In this document: positions 20,348 through 28,863 of the stretch, one piece after another
How the letters are laid out: every line of letters starts with the position of its first letter
How positions within the stretch are numbered: the stretch's first letter is position 1
Source: a virus
Direction: 5' to 3' (one strand)
Virus record (IMG/VR): IMGVR_UViG_3300043584_000003
Span: 35,163 to 99,162 of that record
Length of the DNA: 64,000 nt
Notes under the pieces: generated by a model
What the model saw: only the letters and a program-made list of their open reading frames with translations
What the model was told of the DNA's origin: nothing
Database searches by the model: none
Position numbers and translations under genes: made by a program

Positions 20348-21595
20348 TTAATTGCTTGTCGATACTAGCAGCCTGTCATCGGAAGGCCGAAGGGCCTTGT
20401 GTCGTTCGACGAGCCACTCACGATCACCGATCTCAACGCCGCGATATACCGCTGGTTGTCCGTCTAACGCGCGGATCGCTTGCTCGCCGATCCACTTACC
20501 GCATTGACAAGAAATGCCCTTTCCCCAGGTATGACGTAGTCCGGCGTTATGGCGCAACGGCTTGATCTTCCAATCATCGGGGAACCCCATGACGCGCGCG
20601 GCCTCACGATGCGTGATCATGCGAGGCTCCCACGGATGCATGACCATGTCGAGCGCGGAGCCCATGATGACCCGGCCGTACCTGTCCGGATCCCAACGCG
20701 TGATCGACGCGAAGCCCATGTGGAAACGCGGACGACCGGGCTTCGTCATAAGCAGCTTAGGTAGCATGTGCGTCCACGAATCGGGCAGCTTACCGAGCGT
20801 GTCGTAACAGTGCTCCGCGACGCGACCGACCGACCAACCAGCGGGCCAGCCGCCGTTGTCCTGGACGAGGCGGTAGAGATCGAGCGCGCGCTCGATTGGA
20901 ACGCCGTTGTGGTTCTGGTGCCCGTCAAACGTCGTGCAGTCGCCGCGTGCCTTGCGCGCCCACCAGGAGGGTTGCTTCCGGTACGGTTGTGCCTCCCAGG
21001 TCAGCGGATGATCACGAAGATCTGACCAGATGTCACGCAGCAACGGCACGCGGCCGATCAGCGGATACTCGACGCCGAACGGCACCTGCGATAGCACCAT
21101 GAAGTAGCGCGGCCGACGCGCGGCGCCGCCGAGCTCGAGCGCGTCCTGCATGACGTGGTACTGGTCGTAACGGAGACCGGTACGCTGTTCGAGTAGATAA
21201 CGTAGGTGTTGCATCAGTCGACGTCCGATGGTGAACGCCTGTCGAACCGATTCCATCGCGATGATCTGCGGTCGAACGCGCGTACCGTACGCGATGAATT
21301 GATACATACAGGAATTAATCTTTGAGTCAACACCGCGATGTTTGTTATCCGTCATAGGACTAAATCCGCTGCACGGCGGATTTCCAAAGAGTAGCTCAGC
21401 AGCTACCGGTGTCCAATCCTGCGGTGGACCGATCTCGGTTTGCCAATCATTTCCTAACAGGTGACGATTAGCTTCGCAATTTGGTACACCAAAACCACCG
21501 GGAAGCTCGCGCTTGCCAACGAGTTGAAATCCCGATTGCACGATTCCTAGTGTCATACCTCCTGCGAAGCCAAGTGCGTCAACGGCGCGATACAT
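20348..21595 (-). CDS. C5-cytosine DNA methyltransferase
   Basis: Motifs I (LGFAGG), IV (GNPPCSGFS), VI (ESV), VIII (RRPRYF), IX (REAARVMGFPD) and X (GKGI) in order. Confidence 0.88.
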   Translation of the reverse strand: MYRAVDALGFAGGMTLGIVQSGFQLVGKRELPGGFGVPNCEANRHLLGNDWQTEIGPPQDWTPVAAELLFGNPPCSGFSPMTDNKHRGVDSKINSCMYQFIAYGTRVRPQIIAMESVRQAFTIGRRLMQHLRYLLEQRTGLRYDQYHVMQDALELGGAARRPRYFMVLSQVPFGVEYPLIGRVPLLRDIWSDLRDHPLTWEAQPYRKQPSWWARKARGDCTTFDGHQNHNGVPIERALDLYRLVQDNGGWPAGWSVGRVAEHCYDTLGKLPDSWTHMLPKLLMTKPGRPRFHMGFASITRWDPDRYGRVIMGSALDMVMHPWEPRMITHREAARVMGFPDDWKIKPLRHNAGLRHTWGKGISCQCGKWIGEQAIRALDGQPAVYRGVEIGDREWLVERHKALRPSDDRLLVSTSN

Positions 21596-21603
21596 TATGA
21601 CTC

Positions 21604-21810
21604 CTAGAACCAGCCGGTGACGCGCTCGATCTGGTTGTTCGACAACGTTTCTGTTCGCCCGCCGGGAAACTCGACGACCGCGCGTTCCTCAAACAACCCG
21701 TGTTCGATTCGCGTCACGCGGCCTTCGACGCCGCGCTGGACGGCGTCACCGAACCAGCCGCCGACCGGTCGCGTGGTACGAACACGATCTCCTTCATGAA
21801 ACGTACTCAT
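21604..21810 (-). CDS. Small SH3-like hypothetical protein
   Basis: FHEGDRVR...GRVTRI...VVEFPGG; coupled spacing. Confidence 0.5.
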   Translation of the reverse strand: MSTFHEGDRVRTTRPVGGWFGDAVQRGVEGRVTRIEHGLFEERAVVEFPGGRTETLSNNQIERVTGWF

Positions 21811-21818
21811 TCATACTC

Positions 21819-22259
21819 CTAACCGCATAGCACGCAGATTCGTGATACCGGATCAAACTCAACCTCGTCGAGCGCGCGCTTACAACGCAAACACTTGTTC
21901 GAAACGCCATCGTAGCCTGTGCGTTGTCGTTGCTTATTCATTTCCTGCTTGTTGCGGTATCGTTGTTCCCACTCATCGTCGGTAACACCTAATGCGCACA
22001 GTAGATTAGCGACAAAGTGAGCCACATCGACCAGCTCGCCGACCGCCGCATCGCGATTAACCCAGCCTCGATTCTCGGTCCAATTTTTCCATCCGACCTC
22101 GTCCATGAACTCGGATAGCTCGGTTACGGCCGACGTATGATTCATAACAACAAAGTCGGCTAGCTCGATCGGATTCTTGATCGGCAGCGTACGACCAAAG
22201 ACGTCGCGTTGAAGCGCGTACGTCGATCCTAACCAGTTCCAGTTAGACACTAGTGACAC
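21819..22259 (-). CDS. Dimeric (all-alpha) dUTPase/dCTPase-like pyrophosphatase
   Basis: ELSEFMDEVGWKNW and ELVDVAHF motifs; NKQRQ; C-terminal CxxC...CxxC. Confidence 0.75.
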   Translation of the reverse strand: MSLVSNWNWLGSTYALQRDVFGRTLPIKNPIELADFVVMNHTSAVTELSEFMDEVGWKNWTENRGWVNRDAAVGELVDVAHFVANLLCALGVTDDEWEQRYRNKQEMNKQRQRTGYDGVSNKCLRCKRALDEVEFDPVSRICVLCG

Positions 22260-23688
22260 CTAGCCTTTGCTCGATCGTTCGTTCCAGTAGGTGATCGTTC
22301 CAACGACGACTCAGCAGGTCGAGCTGCTGGTTCGTGAGCCAGTCATACCAACGCTGGTCATCAATGATGAGCTGCGCACGCTGTGCAAACTCGGTGGGCG
22401 TTTCGACGCGAAGCCAGTACGCCAACGTAAGATCGGCATCGGTCCAATCGTTGCGTGGCGAGTAGAACGGCACGTTCTTGATCGTTCCGATTAGCTTGCT
22501 CGCGTCAGACGGCCGACGACTCGGCAGCGTCCAGCCTTGCGCGTCGACCTGTTCGATCATGAAGCACACGGACCGTGCGGCCCAACATTGATATGACTTG
22601 GCGACCGACCAATCGGATTCGATGATCGGCAGCGACAACGTCACGCGCCATCGGTTAAGCAGCTGATAAAACTCATCGGGTGTTGTACCCCGTACCGTAT
22701 CATCGGGAACGTCTGCGATGCTGGTTGCGTCCCACTTCCCGTAGACCTCGGCATCAGGGAACGCAGCAAGTAGGTAATCGTTGACGAGCTGTGAACGACG
22801 TCGATTCTCGCCGAGCACGGATGCCTTGGTGCTGGTCGTTGCAACGCCCGCTGGGCAGCGATCGACGAATCGCTTCCACGGCAGCTCTGCCCAGTTATCC
22901 GGAAGAATCATCAACTCGAGATCGCAGTGGCGGTAACGGTGCGTCGCCTTCCAGAGCTCACCGCCGCGTTCGAGCTTCACGTCGTGCGTCTCGAGCTCGT
23001 AAGGCGTTCGTGCGTCGCCGTATCGCTCGTGTCGCTGGTAGCGTGTGAATTGGTGTTGCGCCAGCATATCGTCGGTACCAGACGGCCACTTAACATCGCG
23101 CGCCTTGAGATAGTTACGTGGATCGGGTACGAGCCACGTCACCGGTGCGCGACCAAGCGTCTTATCGCCGAGCGCGTTGATCCCCCGTACGATGTAGCGG
23201 CAATACGATTGCATCGAGTCGTAGACCTTGTTCGCGTCTAGATTCGGGTTCACGAACGTCTCGACCCAAGTGTTGCCGGTCTGCGGGATTCGTAGCTGCG
23301 TAGGCGCGTGTTGACCGACGTGAATAATGATACCGTCCAGATCGCTGATCAGCTCAACAAGATCGTCCTCAAATCCGCTGACCTCACTGCACCACCAGGA
23401 CGGCTTGTTGGTCCAGTACGGATCGAACGCCGTGCGGTAATAGCCCGGCTGGTCCGTTGGACGTGGTGGTGCTGCAGCAGCGCGCTCACGCGCGTTGAGC
23501 CACGCGTTCTCGATGTTGGCCTGTGTGAAGTCACCGGCGTCGTTATGCCCGACGACGACCCACTTGACGTCGGGATTACGCCTTGCAAGTCGATAAAGAA
23601 GATTAGGTTTTTCTGCGTCGCCAGCAAAACCCCATCTATCTTTTTGAAATTTCATGGTACGGCCAAGACAGCAATAGCCCACACGCAT
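22243..23688 (-). CDS. GT-B glycosyltransferase resembling T4 DNA beta-glucosyltransferase
   Basis: By-eye matches to recalled T4 BGT segments: LVPDPRNY~LFTDIRLP, RRSQLVNDYL..EVYG~RESKMVEFL..EFFG, KSYQCWAARSVCFMIEQVD~RVWETMASDAVMLIDEEFD, VETPTEFAQRA..QQLDLL~VNNRAELIDRV..IQHDIL; TAATG coupling. Confidence 0.6.
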   Translation of the reverse strand: MRVGYCCLGRTMKFQKDRWGFAGDAEKPNLLYRLARRNPDVKWVVVGHNDAGDFTQANIENAWLNARERAAAAPPRPTDQPGYYRTAFDPYWTNKPSWWCSEVSGFEDDLVELISDLDGIIIHVGQHAPTQLRIPQTGNTWVETFVNPNLDANKVYDSMQSYCRYIVRGINALGDKTLGRAPVTWLVPDPRNYLKARDVKWPSGTDDMLAQHQFTRYQRHERYGDARTPYELETHDVKLERGGELWKATHRYRHCDLELMILPDNWAELPWKRFVDRCPAGVATTSTKASVLGENRRRSQLVNDYLLAAFPDAEVYGKWDATSIADVPDDTVRGTTPDEFYQLLNRWRVTLSLPIIESDWSVAKSYQCWAARSVCFMIEQVDAQGWTLPSRRPSDASKLIGTIKNVPFYSPRNDWTDADLTLAYWLRVETPTEFAQRAQLIIDDQRWYDWLTNQQLDLLSRRWNDHLLERTIEQRLGVTSV

Positions 23689-25217
23689 TATGTCACCCGC
23701 TCTAACCATCGTGCGCCGCGTGCCACCAGGATCTCGTCCATCGGCGGCGCGTGGAGGCTAGCGCTGTTGAGCAGCGTCAACCCGGCAAGAAGCTCGATAT
23801 CACGAACGCGCAGCTCGTGTTCGATCGTGAACTTAATGATCTGCGCTCGTTCGGTTTCACGTTGTCGCCAGTATCTAAAGTCACCGTGCTCGGCGTTCTC
23901 CCAGTGAAACTCGGTCGCGCCGAGTAGCTTAGCGAGATCATACCGTAGGTCCGAGCACTCGAGCTCGCCGGCGAAATCCTCACGCCAATCGATCGTCATG
24001 AACTCGCCAAGCCGATCATCGCTTGGAATAATGACGTTGGCGTATGTTAGGTCACCGTGAAACGCACCGGGCACGACGCCCTCGATCAGCCCGTACCAGT
24101 CGACGCGCGTTATCGCGTCGAGCGCGATGACTTGGAGCTCACGCGGTAACGCCATGACCCGCGAGAACGTCTTATCACGGTAGAACCTCATCACCGTGCC
24201 ATACCAGTTACCGGGAACCTTCACGAAGCGACGTTCGTCCCAGAACATGTGCTTCCACCAGTTAAGCAACCGGTGAGTGACGTCAGCAAGCGGGTCCGCT
24301 TCGATCGCCGCATATGCTGTGATTCCGTCGACATACTGGTACGCCATCATGTCGATACCGGACGGCAAGATGGACAGCGGTACGACGTCGCCGAGCGCCG
24401 TAGCTCGTTCGACACGCCAGCGGATCTTATTGGTATCGGTGTTGAACTTCACGACGCGTGGAGGTATGACGTACGTTGCTTGGCCGCGCTTCACGTTGTC
24501 GTACGCACCGAACGTCGCCTGCGCGGTCCGGTACGCCTGCTCATCGCCGACGTCAAGCCAGTTCACGAAACGTAATCCGAGCGGCTGGCCTGACTTGACG
24601 ATCGCGTCGAGTCCGCTCGAAAATTGCACCTCACCGGCGCGCGTCTCAGCGTCCTCAAGCCCACGCCAAAACGTAGGTAGGTCGCCGGCGACGACGTATC
24701 CGAGCGCGGTTGACACGACCGAACCAGGCGCGACGTCCGGTGTCTTATCGTCGATCCGCTGGGCAAAGTAACCGTCAACGGTCGGTACGACGCGACACCA
24801 GCGTGCCGCAGGCGTACCGGTCGGCAACGGTGCGACGCCTAGCCAGGACTCGTTTGATTCCCAGAGATCCTCGTCGCGGTCCCATAGCGTATCGCAGGCT
24901 ACCCAGATCAGATCGTCTTCAAACGGTACGAACGGTGCCGCGCATAACAACGACGCGCCTGGTCCGGGAACATCGGCCCAACGACCGTCATGTACGAACG
25001 TCACGTCGAGGTTAGGGTGCGCGAGCCGAACATAGTCTTGGATCTGCTCGGCGCGGTAACCGGTCACGATGACGATCCTTGCGTCTACCGGTGCTAATTC
25101 AAACTGACGCGTTAAGATCGCCTTGTTGCTCAAGGGCACAAGTGCCTTGTGAAGTTCGTCACCGACCCGACCGAGGCGTGAGCCTCGGCCGGCGGCGACG
25201 ACGACAAACGTAGGCAA
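23688..25217 (-). CDS. Nucleotidyltransferase fused to APH/choline-kinase-like domain
   Basis: N-terminal AAGRGSRL...KALVPL; C-terminal HGDLTYANVII, IDWRED, DLRYDLAKL. Confidence 0.8.
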   Translation of the reverse strand: MPTFVVVAAGRGSRLGRVGDELHKALVPLSNKAILTRQFELAPVDARIVIVTGYRAEQIQDYVRLAHPNLDVTFVHDGRWADVPGPGASLLCAAPFVPFEDDLIWVACDTLWDRDEDLWESNESWLGVAPLPTGTPAARWCRVVPTVDGYFAQRIDDKTPDVAPGSVVSTALGYVVAGDLPTFWRGLEDAETRAGEVQFSSGLDAIVKSGQPLGLRFVNWLDVGDEQAYRTAQATFGAYDNVKRGQATYVIPPRVVKFNTDTNKIRWRVERATALGDVVPLSILPSGIDMMAYQYVDGITAYAAIEADPLADVTHRLLNWWKHMFWDERRFVKVPGNWYGTVMRFYRDKTFSRVMALPRELQVIALDAITRVDWYGLIEGVVPGAFHGDLTYANVIIPSDDRLGEFMTIDWREDFAGELECSDLRYDLAKLLGATEFHWENAEHGDFRYWRQRETERAQIIKFTIEHELRVRDIELLAGLTLLNSASLHAPPMDEILVARGARWLERVT

Positions 25218-25224
25218 CGTCGGC

Positions 25225-26058
25225 TCAGAACGGCAGCTGAGGCATGTCCGGCGCGGCCGGCGGCTGCGGCTGCGGCTGCTGTTGCTGTGGCTGCGTCAGT
25301 TGCTCAAAGGTAGCATCGTTCGGCGCTGACGGTGCGGACGTGCCGTCGACCGACGTGCTGCCCGTAGGGGCGGCAGTAGGGACCACGGCGGCTACTACCG
25401 GCGCCGCTGTTGGCTCAATAGGAGGCTGCGGTGTCGTCATGACCGGCGCGGGCGCTGGTTGCTGTGGCGCTACCGATGCCGCTGGTGGAGGAGTCAGCGG
25501 CGTAGCAGCTACCGGCGCAGTGGGCGGCTGCGGCGGCACGGGCTGCGGCGCTGGAGCGACCGGAGGCGGTGCCATCAGTCCACCGGTAGCCGGACCGCTT
25601 GAACCAGCGGGACCCACGGGACCCGCCGGACTAGCGGCGGGGGCACCGGTGTACGGCTTAACGGCCTTGACCTCGTTGCGCGTCTCGCCCTGCCAGTCAC
25701 GATGACCGAGCGTAAGGCGTGCCCGACGACCGAGCAACGCGGTTGCCACCGGCTCGAGCGAACCGGACCGGCCGAGCTGCATGAACCAGTCCTCGGTCAA
25801 CCCGAACGCCTTCATATGACGGAAGAAGATGCTCAACGCGACCGGGTTTTCCTGCGACATGACGAACTGGTTCAGCACCGAGCGTCGCTCGTACGGGCCA
25901 CCGATCACCTTCATGTTGACCTTGATCATCGGCTTACCATTGGACGACGTCGTGGCCTCCGACTTAGCCACCTCGACGTCATAGTCGCCGACGGGCAACG
26001 CTTCCATGCTCGCGCCTCGAGCTTCCTGCAACGCTCGGGCGAAATCGATCGTGGTCAT
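25225..26058 (-). CDS. DUF669-like single-stranded DNA-binding protein with Pro-rich tail
   Basis: LPVGDYDVEV...SNGKPMI...GRRARLTL..WQGETRNEV; acidic/aromatic end (QLPF); next to Sak4. Confidence 0.7.
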   Translation of the reverse strand: MTTIDFARALQEARGASMEALPVGDYDVEVAKSEATTSSNGKPMIKVNMKVIGGPYERRSVLNQFVMSQENPVALSIFFRHMKAFGLTEDWFMQLGRSGSLEPVATALLGRRARLTLGHRDWQGETRNEVKAVKPYTGAPAASPAGPVGPAGSSGPATGGLMAPPPVAPAPQPVPPQPPTAPVAATPLTPPPAASVAPQQPAPAPVMTTPQPPIEPTAAPVVAAVVPTAAPTGSTSVDGTSAPSAPNDATFEQLTQPQQQQPQPQPPAAPDMPQLPF

Positions 26059-26061
26059 ATT

Positions 26062-26913
26062 TTAGATTCCTTCTACGCTGGTAGTTGTGAGTTGCGGCTC
26101 GTGTGGTTCTGAACCGTTGTGAGAGTCCACCGTATCAACGGTCGACGTGATGCCGAAAACGGTACACATCCACCGCGTAATGTCGTCACCGGACGTGCCG
26201 ACGGGCGGCTTTTCGATCGTCAGGTACTGACCGAGGCGTCCTTGAACACGTTCACCGGCTTCGTATTCTGGGTGAGGCGAGATCCAAACGCGACGAACCT
26301 CACGGGTCGGCTGTGCGTTAGCATCACGCTCCCAGTCTGGATACATATACCCACACACATCCATCCAATAAGGAAGGGCGGTCGTGATCTGACCCTGCAT
26401 ATACGGGATCCACTTGTTGTCTGAGTTGCGCTGACGCGTCTCTGCGATAAACACAACGCACCGCACGTTGATCTGGGGCATAAGCGTTAGGTCACGGAAC
26501 CCACGGATCTTGTCGTCCATCTTCGACAGTAGGACACCCCAGTCGGCGATCTTCATCGCGTCGGTACCGACTAGGTTGCGCTTCAATCGACGTTGCATCT
26601 CGGTGATCGAGTCGATGACGACCGATACGAACGGCGTTTGATATTGTGTGATCCACTGATAAACCTGGTCGATGGTCTCCCAACGTTGCACCTTAACGAC
26701 GCACGCGTCCCAGTTGCCGTCGTACTCGGGCGGTCCAGACGCCTGCGGATCCCACTCTACCTGACGCACTGGAATGAACCGCCAGCTGCCCTCGGCGTCG
26801 AGAACAAGGATCGGCTTCGGTGCGGTACCGGACAGCGTTGACTTACCGAGCTTTGAGCCCGCGTGGATAAGAATCGAGAGCCGTTGGTTCGTGTCGAACG
26901 TAGGTTGGATCAC
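26062..26913 (-). CDS. AAA_24/Sak4-like ATPase recombinase
   Basis: HAGSKLGKST Walker A; LDAEGS; VVIDSITE Walker B. Confidence 0.8.
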   Translation of the reverse strand: MIQPTFDTNQRLSILIHAGSKLGKSTLSGTAPKPILVLDAEGSWRFIPVRQVEWDPQASGPPEYDGNWDACVVKVQRWETIDQVYQWITQYQTPFVSVVIDSITEMQRRLKRNLVGTDAMKIADWGVLLSKMDDKIRGFRDLTLMPQINVRCVVFIAETRQRNSDNKWIPYMQGQITTALPYWMDVCGYMYPDWERDANAQPTREVRRVWISPHPEYEAGERVQGRLGQYLTIEKPPVGTSGDDITRWMCTVFGITSTVDTVDSHNGSEPHEPQLTTTSVEGI

Positions 26914-27362
26914 TCGGTCTCCCGATCGTCGATGTGGAACTTGTACCGCTGGTCGCGGCCGGCTAAACCATCGTACGTGACCACGACGTGCTGTCCGTTA
27001 TCGCCCGCCTGTTGGATGAACAGGATCATCTGACGCTGGGTACCGTTCTTCCACAGATGTACCGGCGCGTTGGTCTCGGGCTCGTCGAGGCGCTTAACGA
27101 TCTTGAACCAGAGCAGCTGAACGCAGTCATAGTGTCCATAGTTCGTCGAGTACGCGCCGTATGTCGGCCTCACGGGATCGCCGTCGACCAGCTCACGTAC
27201 GCACGCGCACCGACCCATAAAACCATCGAGGCCGTTCTGGCAACCGGGGCAGCGGCCGGCCTTGAGTGGACCTTGGCCCGAATGTTCCGGCTCAAACAGT
27301 TGGAGTACGTTGCCGTCCTTTAGCTTGTATTCGGAGTGAATGTACTCATTATCGTCGGTCAC
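26910..27362 (-). CDS. Hypothetical protein (CxxC...CxC)
   Basis: GTGA coupling on both sides. Confidence 0.55.
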   Translation of the reverse strand: MTDDNEYIHSEYKLKDGNVLQLFEPEHSGQGPLKAGRCPGCQNGLDGFMGRCACVRELVDGDPVRPTYGAYSTNYGHYDCVQLLWFKIVKRLDEPETNAPVHLWKNGTQRQMILFIQQAGDNGQHVVVTYDGLAGRDQRYKFHIDDRETE

Positions 27363-28855
27363 GTTTCACGTCCTCTTTCCTCGTTGTAGCGGGCACGCGG
27401 ATCTACCTGGTGGTAAAGCATATTGACCATATCTTCTACACCTGGTGATCCATCGTCAAAGAGATTGCACACAGCAAAAAATGAGCAATCCCAACGGCAA
27501 TCACTCTTAGGCGACGGGTACGCTGCCACGAAGTGATGCTGGCCGGCGTTGAGTCGGTCCACGGCGCGCATGATCTCACCGGTCGCGGCGAGCGCGCGGC
27601 GCTGGTACGACTCGAGCTCGTATCGGTTATGATGAACCTCGACGCGATCATAGAACGGCGGCTGCGCGCGTGCCGTGCGCTTGGTGCGGCGCAACATGTT
27701 GTAAAGCGCACCGTCGCAGCGCGTTTCGCCCTCTGGTGTGTTAAGAAACTCCAAGAGCATATACTGAAGGACTTGTTCATTTTGAGGTAATGTGACGGCG
27801 GGCCCCTTGAGGTCGCCGACCGTCTTATGATCAAGAAACAGCCGGACGTCATCGGTAGTTCGCCGTGCGCGAACGTCAAGCTTGCCGATCAGCTTTGCGG
27901 CACGTTCCTCGCCATCGACGGTTACCGTAACCGGCGCTTCCAGCGCGGTCTCGGACGCGACGATCCGCAGATCAGCGTCCGAACCGGTCTCTTCGAGCCA
28001 CTGGACGTAGCCCTCGATCATAGCACGCTCGAGGTTAGTCGACTGCGCGAATTCGGCGGCAAGAACGGTCAGCTGATCCTCATCGATGTTGCGCTCGCGA
28101 CCGGTCGTCGCGATACGTGTCCAATCCTCAACGATGACTCGCTCAAGCGCGTCACGTGGATCGACGCGCGGTGTACCATCTGGCACATACCACTGCGCTA
28201 GCGCACGATGAACCCGGTCACCGATCGCGCGGGCGCCGACGAACACCTCGGTCTGAAGTGCAAGTCGGCGATAATACGCCAGCCACCACTTGCGGCGACA
28301 ACGCTTCCAGGTCTGCAGCTCGCTGTTACTGACGGCGTAAAGATCATCAGCGACGAGCTGCGGTACGTACTCCTCACGCGTAGCGTAGGTCGTTGTGTCG
28401 TTAGCGGTAACCTCGGTCAACGGAAATTCACGAACTTCTTCCGCGAGTACGTCAACGAACTCCGGATCATCATCCTCGATGACCTCGATGATCGGCAGCT
28501 CGACCCGCTCCGGTGACGCGGCAACGACGTCGACTAGGTCATCATCTGGATCATCGTCGGCGAACGCAAGATAGATCGTCGGGCCGTCGCCGTTCACGCT
28601 GACCGGCGCGATGACCGGCGTCGTGACGGCCGACGCGTGGTAACGCGGATCAAAGTTCGGCTCGAGCTGGTTCAGCAACGCGGCGACCTTTTCGCGATCG
28701 CCGGGCTTCCAGGAGTCCTTCTTCTCAATGTTGCTCAGCCGCGCGGCGGACCTGCCGGGCAGGCCGGCCAGCGCCATAAACTTATCACGCGACATCTTGT
28801 GCCGATCACGTATCTCGCGAACGACCGCGCCGTACAGCGCCTCAGGTGTAAACAA
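27359..28855 (-). CDS. Cas4/RecB-like PD-(D/E)XK exonuclease with N-terminal XRE-like HTH
   Basis: SNSELQTWKRCRRKWW, GKLDV, FLDHKT, QVLQY, CRWDCSFFAVC; AGGAG RBS before TTG. Confidence 0.8.
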   Translation of the reverse strand: MFTPEALYGAVVREIRDRHKMSRDKFMALAGLPGRSAARLSNIEKKDSWKPGDREKVAALLNQLEPNFDPRYHASAVTTPVIAPVSVNGDGPTIYLAFADDDPDDDLVDVVAASPERVELPIIEVIEDDDPEFVDVLAEEVREFPLTEVTANDTTTYATREEYVPQLVADDLYAVSNSELQTWKRCRRKWWLAYYRRLALQTEVFVGARAIGDRVHRALAQWYVPDGTPRVDPRDALERVIVEDWTRIATTGRERNIDEDQLTVLAAEFAQSTNLERAMIEGYVQWLEETGSDADLRIVASETALEAPVTVTVDGEERAAKLIGKLDVRARRTTDDVRLFLDHKTVGDLKGPAVTLPQNEQVLQYMLLEFLNTPEGETRCDGALYNMLRRTKRTARAQPPFYDRVEVHHNRYELESYQRRALAATGEIMRAVDRLNAGQHHFVAAYPSPKSDCRWDCSFFAVCNLFDDGSPGVEDMVNMLYHQVDPRARYNEERGRET

Positions 28856-28863
28856 AACAACTC

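Noticed and set aside
27359-28855. Cas4 as part of a CRISPR adaptation module
   Set aside because: It sits with Sak4, SSB and helicase in a standard phage recombination module; solo Cas4-like nucleases are common in phages.
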